This document shows positions 17,996 to 28,074 of a stretch of 64,000 nt of DNA, in pieces; position 1 is the first letter of the stretch, and every line of letters starts with the position of its first letter. The notes beneath the pieces are model-generated. The model did not search any database, was not told where the DNA came from, and saw nothing but the letters and a program-made list of their open reading frames with translations. This stretch comes from Candidatus Cloacimonadales bacterium (GTDB lineage: Bacteria > Cloacimonadota > Cloacimonadia > Cloacimonadales > JAFGVF01), in NCBI GenBank assembly GCA_963677495.2, contig CAXXOU010000004.1:1024001-1088000 (forward strand). Direction: 5' to 3'. The translations under genes and the position numbers were made by a program.

Positions 17996-20386
17996 TTAAT
18001 ACTTGTGATGCCTGCTCTTATTGCGTTCCTTTGAACGGAAGCTTGAGCGGGAATCTGAGCCTCTTCGGGAGTCAGAACGTGAACCGTAACGAGATCCGGA
18101 ACGGGAGTCAGAGCTTGGACGTCTATCTCCTCCATCTCTATTATCTCTTCTGTCTCTACCACCATCTCGTCTTCCACCTCTTCCGCCTTTATAACCTCTA
18201 CGTTCTCTTACAACCGGTTTTGGTGGGTAGTATGGATTACGAGGATCATTAGGATTGAAATCGGAATTAGCTCTATCAGGATTGGCGTTTTTCTGAGTCA
18301 GGTAGATATCGTCAGTGATTCTATCAATGATAGCTTCAATTGTATCACCAAGTCTTATAATCTTAGAACCACGGTTCTGTCTCAGTTGATAGTAACGAGG
18401 GTCAAAGTCAAATGGACCTGCTTTCAGATTTCGTTCTTCAAGCACTGCTTTAACGGGCTCATCAAAGAGCTTCACGATAACTTTGTTCTTGTTAAGCTCA
18501 ATCACTTTACCTTTGAGAGTATGACCGATATACTTCTTCATATAGGAACGAACAAGTCTATTTGTAATCTCTCTTTCAGTCTCATCAGCTAAGTTCTCCT
18601 GCTCAGTACATGTCTTTGCATAGAAACCGAGTTGTGCAGATGAGAACTTCTCAACCTTATCAGAATTTAGAATCTGTTTCAACTGAGTATGCACAATCAA
18701 ATCAGAGAAACGACGGATAGGGGATGTGAAGTGGGTATATGATGATATAGCAAGCCCGAAATGGGGTTTGCATTCAGTTATATACATCGCACGTTTCATG
18801 CTCCTGAGAACCATCATATCAAAGACATCATGCATTCCTTGTTCATCAACCTGGTCCAAAGCATTCTGCAATGAAATACTCAGCTTAGAATGACTTTTCA
18901 TCTGGATATTATACGCCTTGAAAACTGATTTTAACTTCTCAATTCTCTCCTCATCCGGCATATCATGAACACGATATATTGATGTCTTCATGTTCTTCTT
19001 GAGCCTTCTTGCAACAAGCTCATTAGCAAGCAACATTGCGTTCTCAATCATCTGATGCGAGATTGTCTCACTCTCTTCATAGATTGATGAGATGTTACTT
19101 TCATCATCAAACTTAAAGTTAGTTTCAGGTAAGTTCAGTTGCAGGTATCCCTGCTTAACACGCTTCTCTTGCAAGATAAGTGAGAGTTCCTTAAAAGCTA
19201 TAAGAGCTTGATCAAGTTCATCACCAAATGTTGGTTCCTCTTTGTCGAGGAATGCGTCCACTTCTTCATAGTTAAATCTATAATTGGATTCAATGACTGC
19301 TTCAGTCACGAACTGATTGATAATATTTCCCTGCATATCCAATTTGAAGTAACAGGATACAACATTCTTTTGCTCCTGAGGGCGCAAACTACATGTTTTA
19401 TTGGATAAAATCTCTGGAAGCATAGGAATAACTTGTTTTGGAAAATAGAAGCTATTACCACGCTTAGATGCTTCTTTGAAGATAGCACTTTCAGGAGTAA
19501 CATATTCAGCCACATCAGCGATATGAACATAAAGCTCGAAACAATTATCTACTTTAGCAATAGAAATTGCATCATCAAAGTCTTTTGCGGTAACCGGATC
19601 TATTGTGAAGGTCAGGATATCAGTAAAATCTTTTCTACGACCTTCAGGGTGGGGAGGAGGAGGGTTAAAACCATGAATCTCCTTTAAAACCGGAGCAGGG
19701 AAAGTGAGGGAGAGGTTGTATTGTTTCACAACCGCAAGGAAGTCCGTCTCAGGATTCCCGCTCATTCCTAAATCCTCTTTCACGATTCCAATTGGCAATC
19801 TACTATACTTTCTGTTTCCCCATGACTTAACTTTAATCAGAACTTTATGTCCATGATTTATGTTGTCACCTTCAAGCTCAAAGTAAGTATGTATCTTTGC
19901 TGAATCAGGGATAAAGAAACTCTTATCACCGATATTAACAATATCGCCTGTAAGCGTTTCAAAGCGTCTTTTCTTAACTTCCAAGACTCTACCAAATAGC
20001 TTTCTACCGGCACGTCTACGTTCCTCGACAAGAACTGTGTCCCCATGAAATGCATTGTAAATATCCTCAGCAGGAATGTAGTAATCACCTTTCTTAGTAT
20101 TAACAAAAGCATAAGAGTTGCTTTTCACTAGGGAAGAGGCATCGAATACACCCTCCAACACAATCGGAGCTGATTTGATTCTATTACTCATCTTCTGAGA
20201 ATAAAGGTTACCTTCATGAATAAGTCTATCTTTTCGTACGAGGGCAAAAAGGTTTTGTTTCAAGACCTTACGCTGATGTTTACCTATATCTAAAGCTTTT
20301 GCGATTTCCTCTTCGGTTAGTGATACTCCGGGATTCTTATAAAACAGGTCCAATATGGACTTAGCCATGCTTCGTTGTTCGTACAT
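17996..20386 (-). CDS. rnr: Ribonuclease R
   Basis: FTIDPVTAKDFDDAIS, HIADV, YTHFTSPIRRFSDL; N-terminal HTH/CSD, S1 domain, basic tail. Confidence 0.93.
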   Translation of the reverse strand: MYEQRSMAKSILDLFYKNPGVSLTEEEIAKALDIGKHQRKVLKQNLFALVRKDRLIHEGNLYSQKMSNRIKSAPIVLEGVFDASSLVKSNSYAFVNTKKGDYYIPAEDIYNAFHGDTVLVEERRRAGRKLFGRVLEVKKRRFETLTGDIVNIGDKSFFIPDSAKIHTYFELEGDNINHGHKVLIKVKSWGNRKYSRLPIGIVKEDLGMSGNPETDFLAVVKQYNLSLTFPAPVLKEIHGFNPPPPHPEGRRKDFTDILTFTIDPVTAKDFDDAISIAKVDNCFELYVHIADVAEYVTPESAIFKEASKRGNSFYFPKQVIPMLPEILSNKTCSLRPQEQKNVVSCYFKLDMQGNIINQFVTEAVIESNYRFNYEEVDAFLDKEEPTFGDELDQALIAFKELSLILQEKRVKQGYLQLNLPETNFKFDDESNISSIYEESETISHQMIENAMLLANELVARRLKKNMKTSIYRVHDMPDEERIEKLKSVFKAYNIQMKSHSKLSISLQNALDQVDEQGMHDVFDMMVLRSMKRAMYITECKPHFGLAISSYTHFTSPIRRFSDLIVHTQLKQILNSDKVEKFSSAQLGFYAKTCTEQENLADETEREITNRLVRSYMKKYIGHTLKGKVIELNKNKVIVKLFDEPVKAVLEERNLKAGPFDFDPRYYQLRQNRGSKIIRLGDTIEAIIDRITDDIYLTQKNANPDRANSDFNPNDPRNPYYPPKPVVRERRGYKGGRGGRRDGGRDRRDNRDGGDRRPSSDSRSGSRYGSRSDSRRGSDSRSSFRSKERNKSRHHKY

Positions 20387-20823
20387 TAGTGTTTGTTTCC
20401 TATGCGTTTTTCCAGGAGTTCAAGTAGGGCTTCCTTCTCTTCGCCGGTCTTTGAGAATCTAAGGTTTAAACCTCGGAAAGGATCAAGACGGTTCGGATGT
20501 CTGAAAGTACTAAGCATGATTCCACGCTTATCCATATAATAGCACTTGAAGTCCTGATACTCGCGTCTGCTATTGATAAATAGATACTTCACGTGAATAT
20601 GCGTATCGTAAAATGTATAATAAGATGGTATGAAGTAAGTGATGAGACTGAAGAACAGTATCAAAACACCAAGTAAGTAATAAAATGGCATATCCCAGTT
20701 TACTACCGCAACATTCCAAAGCATTACTGCCATTGCGATGAGGAAGAGGGAGAGAATAATTGATGTTCGTGGACGGTCGGCGAATGGCCATGACATCCAG
20801 CTTACAAGCACTTTATTCGACAT
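20386..20823 (-). CDS. Small membrane protein (2 TM plus PH-like C-terminus)
   Basis: Two hydrophobic segments; translationally coupled between yicC and rnr; start at MSNKVLV inferred. Confidence 0.6.
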   Translation of the reverse strand: MSNKVLVSWMSWPFADRPRTSIILSLFLIAMAVMLWNVAVVNWDMPFYYLLGVLILFFSLITYFIPSYYTFYDTHIHVKYLFINSRREYQDFKCYYMDKRGIMLSTFRHPNRLDPFRGLNLRFSKTGEEKEALLELLEKRIGNKH

Positions 20824-21694
20824 TGAGAACCATCTCCTTGCATTTATCAACTTCCTCTTTGATTGTTAGGACATTATCAAAAGAGTTGGTAGTACTGAAT
20901 TTAGAGCCCAAAGTGTTAGCTTCACGATGCATCTCTTGAAGTATGAAATTCATAGTTTTACCGATGGGAGAGAGGTCAGCTTTTTCAATCGTATCCTTGA
21001 GTTTGTGGATATGATTTCTAAGACGTGTAATCTCTTCATTTATATCAGATTTATCTACATATATAGCTGTTTCAACTAAGATTCTCTTCTCGTTTTCCTC
21101 TGTAAGATGATCGTTCAGAAGCTCGATAACACGTGCTTTTAGTTTATCATGAATCTCAGTTTTATGCTCCTGAAAGTAGGCTTCAATTTCATCAATTGCC
21201 TTAAGCATCTTCCCCACTGATTCCAGGAAGAATTGCTGCATAGATTTTCCTTCAACAATTGCCATATCCTGATGCTTTGTGAGTGCTTGCTCTGCAACTT
21301 CCATGAATTTCCCTGAAAATTCAGAGCTTTCTAAGTCTTCGCTTTCCAACACAATAAGATCACTCTTTTGAAGTAGTTCATTAATGTCCGGATTGTACTC
21401 ACGATTGAGATGTTTAGCAATATCAGAACCGAGTTTATAGTACATATTAAGCTTGTTAAAATCAACTTCAGCTTGTGGAATTCGTTTGTCTTTATAGTTC
21501 ACGCGAACTTCAACTGTACCACGAGAAATCCTACTCTGCATAAGCTTTCTAATTGGCAGGTCAAGATACGTAAGTTCATTTGGAAAGTATAATTTAAGGT
21601 CTAAGAATCTGTTATTTACAGATCTAATCTGTAGTTCTATATCAAACTGGTCACTTGTATAAGAGCTTTTACCGAAACCGGTCATGCTTTTCAT
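20813..21694 (-). CDS. yicC: YicC/YloC-family endoribonuclease
   Basis: MKSMTGFG, IRSVNNRFLDL, DINEEITRL, GKTMNFILQEMHREANTLGSK. Confidence 0.9.
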   Translation of the reverse strand: MKSMTGFGKSSYTSDQFDIELQIRSVNNRFLDLKLYFPNELTYLDLPIRKLMQSRISRGTVEVRVNYKDKRIPQAEVDFNKLNMYYKLGSDIAKHLNREYNPDINELLQKSDLIVLESEDLESSEFSGKFMEVAEQALTKHQDMAIVEGKSMQQFFLESVGKMLKAIDEIEAYFQEHKTEIHDKLKARVIELLNDHLTEENEKRILVETAIYVDKSDINEEITRLRNHIHKLKDTIEKADLSPIGKTMNFILQEMHREANTLGSKFSTTNSFDNVLTIKEEVDKCKEMVLNVE

Positions 21695-21911
21695 ATATGT
21701 TATCTCCTGAAAATTCAATTATATCTATTGAATTCAAATAGGGTATTTGGGCAAGATAAATTTCATCATGTCACAAAATCCCATTTTTGGGTGTCTGAAA
21801 AACGCGTTTTTTAAGACTTAGTAATGATATATGTCTACTTAATGCGAAAAAACGCAAATTTCAGCGTCATGAATTTAGGACTAATGGGGGAAAGTTGAGT
21901 TTTTTTTCTGT

Positions 21912-22019
21912 ACCTTCGTAATGGTTGAGTTTGCGAATCCTTGCGAATGGTGCACTTCGAAGGAGTAGACGTTGCGATACAGGAGAACCATTTCCAAGAT
22001 CTGTGACCATTGAAAAGGA
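21912..22019 (+). repeat. REP-like A+B doublet pair (RAYT-associated family), degenerate
   Basis: accttcgtaatggttgagtttgcgaatccttgcgaatggt ... gagaaccatttccaagatctgtgaccattgaaaagg. Confidence 0.75.
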
Positions 22020-22377
22020 TCGGCACAAAAAAAAACTGATACTAACAACACATTCATAACTATCAACATTTAATCATCTGACTATCCACAACATAGCTAA
22101 AACCTTTACAAGTTTACATAACGTATATTATTTATAAACTATATATCTGTAAATGGGGAGAGGGCTGATTCTCTTTCCTCTCTCCCATGGCATCTAAGAT
22201 TTGAGCTGAATTAAGAGCTTTTCTGTTTTCAATCAGACTTCCGATATGACTTTGTATCTAAAAGTGAAAATTCAACCGGTTTTATTCGTGCATGGATTAA
22301 TCTACGTATTACATATCAAGATCGATTCCGGTATTTGAATCAATCTTATGAATCTCTCTAACATCTCTGATACTTTA

Positions 22378-22458
22378 CCAGGGGTCAACCACGGGTTGAC
22401 GACGGGTTTACCACGGCTCCCGTGGTTAGACCGTGGATTACCCTTGGAATATGCGTGG
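22378..22458. repeat. 11-bp-period bipartite inverted array (CCACGG/CCGTGG core)
   Basis: Cores at 22378, 22389, 22400, 22411, then inverted at 22420, 22431, 22442, 22453. Confidence 0.8.
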
Positions 22459-22682
22459 TTAAATCTCATATTTGTAGATATCATCTGATCTAAATCTCTA
22501 ATTATGATCGTCTGGTTTGATATGCAATGTACATCACTTTTAGATTAACTAATTATAACTGTGATAAGCATTGATAATATCTGAAATAGAATACTTAGTA
22601 TTTGATATATAGATGTATCTGTGTGGATAGGTAAACTTTGATCTACCTCTACCCTATTTCAGCTTCTAAGTAATTTGCAACA

Positions 22683-23156
22683 TCAATCATAGATTTTAAA
22701 ACCAAATGACCTACTATACTTAGCAAGTTTTTTACCTGATTGTTTATCAATGATATCAACCCAATATAGGTGCGTTCCTTTTTCATTACCAACATAGATA
22801 GCTAATGCATAAGCGAAATTCTCTTTGGTTTTAGCATCAATCCCGTTCCATATTATTCTGGATATGTAAGCTTTGTTTAGGCTAGAATCAATTTCTAAAT
22901 ATCCCATTTCAATCTGTTCCTCGATTCCTTTTAATTGTTCTCTTGTTAGAGATAATTTTGAACTAAAGGATTTTGAAGAAGCACTTTCATCAGGGAAATG
23001 TACTATCTTTATTGTAAAAGCAATTACTGCGATAATGAAAAATAGTACAAACAACCCACCACAACCTAATCTCTTAACTTTCACACCACAATAAGGACAT
23101 TTTTCAGCTTTACTACTAATTTCGTTTTGACACTCCTTACACTTAATAATTGCCAT
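22683..23156 (-). CDS. Zinc-ribbon domain membrane protein
   Basis: MAIIKCKECQNEISSKAEKCPYCG followed by one TM helix; ggagg RBS before ATG at 23156. Confidence 0.75.
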   Translation of the reverse strand: MAIIKCKECQNEISSKAEKCPYCGVKVKRLGCGGLFVLFFIIAVIAFTIKIVHFPDESASSKSFSSKLSLTREQLKGIEEQIEMGYLEIDSSLNKAYISRIIWNGIDAKTKENFAYALAIYVGNEKGTHLYWVDIIDKQSGKKLAKYSRSFGFKIYD

Positions 23157-23278
23157 CCCATCCTCCTTAACCCTTACAATATTAATCCGTTCAAAATATG
23201 TCAAATAGATAATTATTATCATACTTTAAAACACTCTTAAGTAGTTGCTAATTAATGTTATTAACTAACATATTATCC

Positions 23279-23307
23279 TTGCCAAAAACACCTCAATCTG
23301 ATACAAT
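23279..23307 (+). promoter_or_regulatory. Sigma70-like promoter
   Basis: TTGCCA-N17-TACAAT upstream of RBS aggag and ATG 23341. Confidence 0.6.
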
Positions 23308-23340
23308 AGTACCATAAATTATTAACACAAGGAGAGTTAA

Positions 23341-23946
23341 ATGTACTATTCACTCAAGATATTCCCGGCATACTGGGAAGTTCTTGAACCAGACATCAAG
23401 CTGATTGATCGCATGACAGGGTTCAACAATATTGAAGAAGCATTGTATCATCCGGACGAGAGTATTCCGCTCATCAGATTGCATTTTGCTAATAAGGTCA
23501 TCGATTGCAATCTCATCAGAAATGCAGGTGTCATGGATTGTTGCAGCTATGATACTCGGGCTTATGAACTGGCTGAAATGGAGAGAACCAACGGTCTAAA
23601 CCTGATGCGTATCTATCATGATTACAAGGACAAGATTGATAAACGCAGAGGGAGTCTTACCGATGCTGAGATTGGTTATTACGAGGAGAAGATGAGAAAG
23701 ATAAAGCAGATTATCACCAGAATACTTTATACCGATAACGAGATAGATTCACTTGTAAAGCGAAGCAAGCATAATGCTCATTGTGCAATCAAACGAGCAA
23801 TGAAGAAACTAAAAGTTGAAGCACCATTACTTCACAACTACCTCTCCCTCACTCTAACTATGGGCTATTGGATAAAAAATCAACCGGATTTAGACCCTGA
23901 CTTCGAACTCTTCATAAGAGAAGCTAACAATTCCTTGGCAAGTTAA
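23341..23946 (+). CDS. Hypothetical protein, possible stand-alone regulator-type domain
   Basis: Good RBS and promoter; C-terminal AIKRAMKKLKVEAPLLHNYL...MGYW. Confidence 0.55.
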   Translation: MYYSLKIFPAYWEVLEPDIKLIDRMTGFNNIEEALYHPDESIPLIRLHFANKVIDCNLIRNAGVMDCCSYDTRAYELAEMERTNGLNLMRIYHDYKDKIDKRRGSLTDAEIGYYEEKMRKIKQIITRILYTDNEIDSLVKRSKHNAHCAIKRAMKKLKVEAPLLHNYLSLTLTMGYWIKNQPDLDPDFELFIREANNSLAS

Positions 23947-24191
23947 GAGGACGGTTCAAACCGTGATGAGGACACTTTGATTTTTCAATCTGTCCTTCAT
24001 CTTGATATTTATTAAAGGTAATAGTTATGATATTCAATTCCCAAAAATACAGATTGTTAGATGAAATCTAATTGCATTATTGATATATTTGTAATAGTAA
24101 GTTGGCAATTTATGTGTGCAAGTGTACTTGGTATGTTGTATTGGCTGATTATTAGCGGTATTGAGAGCTGGACGGATGATAGACTTACCCC

Positions 24192-24414
24192 ACCTTTGGA
24201 ATGGTTGAGTTTTGCGAGACCTTGCAAATGGTGGGATCAAAGGAAGAAACACCTTACCTTTGGAATGGTTGAGTATGCGAGACCTTGCAAATGGTGGGAG
24301 TTTGCAATATATACAATTGTTTACAAGAGAACCATTCGCAAGGTCTATGGACCATTCCGAAGGTAGAATTACAAGAGAACCATTCGCAAGGTCTATGGAC
24401 CATTCCGAAGGTAG
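24192..24414. repeat. REP-like cluster A-A-B-B downstream of the RAYT-like gene
   Basis: A units at 24192 and 24256; B units at 24321 and 24369 (48-bp tandem). Confidence 0.9.
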
Positions 24415-24443
24415 TATACTGAATATTAGGAAGTCCGAAGATT

Positions 24444-24962
24444 CTAATATTCTAATTCTTCTGCTTCTTTACCTGATTTGTAATAGTTCAAAATATCGAG
24501 ATATGCACTCAATGAATCAAAAGAATCATAATAGAACTTAGTATAAACTATCTCACTCTTGAAATAATTCAGAGAACAAAACTGTCTTTGGAATTTGTTT
24601 TGGGGATTCGTGTGAATGTAGTTTATCGTAGTTTCAAGGTATGAATCATTTCTTAGTTCCTTGAATTTAACAGTGCTTTCAAAAAGAGTTCCTTTTCTAC
24701 AGTATTTCTTATTATAATATTGGGTATAGGTGTTGAATACGTACTGGAACCATTTATATATTCTTTGTGTTCCCCTCTGTTGAACAAGAAAGTGGTAATG
24801 ATTAGGCATTAAAGCAAATGCAATAATATTAACAAAATCTTGGTGTTTCGATTCTTTAATAATCTGTATAAGTGTTACATAATCACTCTTTTCTGAGAAT
24901 ATCAACCCTTTATTACATCCCCTATTAAAAGCATGATAGAAACAACCTTCTTCAGTAAACAT
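24444..24962 (-). mobile_element. REP-associated tyrosine transposase-like protein (HUH/Y1, RAYT)
   Basis: YHAFNRG, AFALMPNHYHFL (HUH), YYNKKYCRKGTLF, YIHTNP (catalytic Tyr); ggagg RBS before ATG at 24962; flanked by repeats. Confidence 0.88.
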
Positions 24963-25024
24963 ACAACCTCCATAATTATTTTGTAAGAATATAGGTAGAT
25001 GCTTGTCAATAAAAAACACACCCC

Positions 25025-25133
25025 ACCTTTGGAATGGTTGAGTATGCGAGACCTTGCAAATGGTGGGAGTTTGCAATATATACAATTGTTTACAAGAGAA
25101 CCATTCGCAAGGTCTAAGGACCATTCCGTAGGT
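25025..25133. repeat. REP-like A+B pair upstream of the RAYT-like gene
   Basis: ~110-bp near-identical direct repeat of 24256-24364. Confidence 0.9.
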
Positions 25134-25240
25134 GTATCCAGAATGGCACTTTTAGAAAGTCAAAGGTCTATTCTAAAGATGGTTTATTGTTTAAAATGCT
25201 CTCCTTATCTTTGGAGTCAATCAGATCGCTCCAGTACAAA

Positions 25241-25627
25241 ACCATCCATCAAAACGCAATCATCCCACTGCTTTCCCACTGTGCACGCACAGTGATCCCA
25301 GTGAAACAGTGGGTTGGCAGTGCCTTCACAGTGGGGACACAGTGCGTGCACAGTGGGTTGTTGAAAAGTGCAGTAAAAGTGAGAAAAAGGGGCAATGAAT
25401 GTAGCTAAGTTATTGCAAAAGGCACTGTGTATGTTAATCTAAAGCTGTCGCAATAGCGACCGAAGGGAGATGGGCGAATAGCGAAAAGTGGTAAGAGTAC
25501 ACCACTATGAGTCCAACTCCTGATAGTCGCTATGACTTCAATGGTGTCATTCTAGGAAGTCCGTTGCCTTATCAGGCCGACAAACTCCCTGAAATGCGCT
25601 AAGTTATTGCAAATTGCACTGTCTAAG
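25241..25627 (-). repeat. Composite element X, copy 2 (reverse orientation, different cargo)
   Basis: DRs at 25398-25433 and 25592-25627; hairpin 25553-25590; CACTG/CAGTG array at about 25266-25355. Confidence 0.85.
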
Positions 25628-25753
25628 CAAATCTCATTGAAAATATAGATTTACTAATCACCTCTCCCCTTTCACTAATGATTGAATATTAGTCATTTGC
25701 ATTTCCTACTAAATCACTATACTATAATCAAAACGAGCATTCAGGAGGAAACA

Positions 25754-27865
25754 ATGAGATATAGATTACTATTCATAATGTTAATGATACTAAGTTCATC
25801 ATGGGCTATGTGGGAAAGGACCAATGGTCCTGATGGTGGAGATATCCAAAAAATAATTGAATATAATGGTTATGTATTTACTATAACCGGTGGAACAATG
25901 GGTCAAAATGGTTCAGTATATAGATCTGATAATGAAGCCGAGAGTTGGGATTTAATCAGTTCCAATTTCAATATTAATTACGGGGTAACAGATATTGTTA
26001 CAAATGAGATGTATATATTTGCAGGAACTAAGGGTTTTGGAATCTATAGAAGCAGTGATTCAGGTGATTCCTGGACACATATTGAAACAATTAGTGATCT
26101 CCTCCAAACCGATGTGAGACATATGTATGCTGATAATAATGTTTTGATAGTAGCTACCTATACAAGTGGAATCTACTACTCAATGGATAATGGTGATACC
26201 TGGTCAATGATGGGGCAACTACTCACAGGTGGGTCCAATACTGTAAACGCTATTATCTCGCATAATGATACTAAGTATATCGCCACTCACGGTGGTGTAT
26301 ATAAATTTGAAAATCAAGCATGGTCTCATATTACAGAGATTACTGAAGAGTACATTCGAGATATCAAACCTTTAGCAGAATATCTTTTTTTAGCAACAAC
26401 AGATTCGATATATCGCTTCAATCCAGCTGATCTTACGTTTGAGAATACAGGTATGAACGGTTCCGATTGGATATATATACATAATGATACAATTTATACA
26501 TCAGATTACCAGATAATTAACTATTCAAGTGATTTGGGTTCTAATTGGAATTCCCTGACAATGAGTACATTGAATCAATATGCAAGATGCACTGCTTTTT
26601 ATATAGGAGAAGATTACTGGCTGAGTGGAAATGGTGTTTATAACATCTACAAATCAGTAGACGATGGATCTACATGGGAGAATTCAGCTAAAGGAATAAC
26701 AAATATAAACACACATGATTTCGCAATCTATCAAAATGAGCTGTATGCTGTAACAGAGTTTGCTGACTTCGGTAGAATCTATAGAACATCAAATCAAGGT
26801 GAAGACTGGATTCATTCAGATATAACTACTGATCAGCTTGGTTATATTTCAATATATGCCGGTGAAGATTTCATGCTTGCAGGTTCATTTGGAAATGGAA
26901 TATATAGGTCTGAAAATGGTTTAGACTGGTCTCCTCTTGGCTTTGTAAATAGTCCTATGTCCTATCCAACTGAGATCATTGAACATAATGGAGCTATCTA
27001 TACAGGTGCTTTAGGATTTAATATAGATATCTATAAGAGTAGTGATAATGGCTTTTCTTTCCAATCCTTAAATGTACCCGGGGCAGGTGATATTCATGCA
27101 TTATATTCTCAGAATGGGGTTCTCTATTACGGACGAACTGACGGTATGTACATGAGTGCTGATGATGGAATGTCATGGCAAAGTGTCGGAACATCCGAGT
27201 TTGATAATCTATTTATTAGAGGTATTGAGATCTTTAATGGGAAAATTTATGCTACAACTGTAGCCAGTTTAATTGTTCTTAATGATAATGATGAATGGGA
27301 AGAAGTTGAGCTGGGTGGAGACTATTGGATATCTTCCATTGAAAAGGTTGAAGATAAACTTCTGGTTGGAACCCGAGAAGACGGAATTTTCGAGATTAAC
27401 ACAGATGGTGTGATTAGCAACTTTAGTTCAGGATTACCGTTTGGGGCAAATGGAGTATATCCTAGAGTTTTGTCTATCTACTCTGATGATAGTTATGCAT
27501 ATCTTAGTGCTGAAATGTATGGAGTATATAGAATTCCTTTAGATGAAGTTGATATCGAAGAGAACATTTTAGAAAATAACAGAGTGAGTACGCGAGTATA
27601 TCCCAATCCGTTTAACGTTTCATTAGATAACAACATATCAATTGAACTAGACTTGAAGAGAAATTCAGAAGTAAAGGTTGAAGTATTCAACATACTTGGA
27701 CAAAGAGTTAAGACTATCAAATCAAATCAGATGAAATCGGGTCTAAGTTCAATGACATGGGATGGAAGAACAGATAAGAAGAATGAGAGTTCTTCAGGAA
27801 TATACTTCATCAAAACATCTGTTGATGAAGATGTAGGTGTTGAGAAGTTGATAATCGTAAAATAG
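25754..27865 (+). CDS. Secreted BNR/Asp-box beta-propeller protein with C-terminal FlgD-Ig/T9SS-like domain
   Basis: Repeated IYRSxDxGxSW; VYPNPFN...VFNILGQRVKT...WDG; aggagg RBS before ATG 25754. Confidence 0.8.
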   Translation: MRYRLLFIMLMILSSSWAMWERTNGPDGGDIQKIIEYNGYVFTITGGTMGQNGSVYRSDNEAESWDLISSNFNINYGVTDIVTNEMYIFAGTKGFGIYRSSDSGDSWTHIETISDLLQTDVRHMYADNNVLIVATYTSGIYYSMDNGDTWSMMGQLLTGGSNTVNAIISHNDTKYIATHGGVYKFENQAWSHITEITEEYIRDIKPLAEYLFLATTDSIYRFNPADLTFENTGMNGSDWIYIHNDTIYTSDYQIINYSSDLGSNWNSLTMSTLNQYARCTAFYIGEDYWLSGNGVYNIYKSVDDGSTWENSAKGITNINTHDFAIYQNELYAVTEFADFGRIYRTSNQGEDWIHSDITTDQLGYISIYAGEDFMLAGSFGNGIYRSENGLDWSPLGFVNSPMSYPTEIIEHNGAIYTGALGFNIDIYKSSDNGFSFQSLNVPGAGDIHALYSQNGVLYYGRTDGMYMSADDGMSWQSVGTSEFDNLFIRGIEIFNGKIYATTVASLIVLNDNDEWEEVELGGDYWISSIEKVEDKLLVGTREDGIFEINTDGVISNFSSGLPFGANGVYPRVLSIYSDDSYAYLSAEMYGVYRIPLDEVDIEENILENNRVSTRVYPNPFNVSLDNNISIELDLKRNSEVKVEVFNILGQRVKTIKSNQMKSGLSSMTWDGRTDKKNESSSGIYFIKTSVDEDVGVEKLIIVK

Positions 27866-27875
27866 GTTTTACAAG

Positions 27876-27902
27876 AAATGGGGATGATAATCATCCCCAT
27901 TT
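27876..27902 (+). terminator. Probable terminator hairpin
   Basis: aaatggggatga-taa-tcatccccattt. Confidence 0.65.
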
Positions 27903-28074
27903 AAATTAAGTTTTTGACAGTCAATCCTTACAAATCCAAAAGCTTTGCCTTCCCAAAGTTCAGTCTCAGGATTCTCTAAGGTTAGTATCAAGTTTATTAA
28001 TCAAGTCAATTATTCCTTGACTTTCATTTTGTAACAGTATATCTTCTAATCATCAATTATCTGAAGGAGTATGT

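Noticed and set aside
24192..24414. CRISPR or guide-RNA array
   Set aside because: Only two copies of each unit, no series of unique equal-length spacers and no cas-like gene; the adjacent HUH gene explains them as REP-like repeats
24963..25124. N-terminal extension of the RAYT ORF in the ORF track
   Set aside because: It runs through the REP repeats; the RBS and family start point to ATG at 24962
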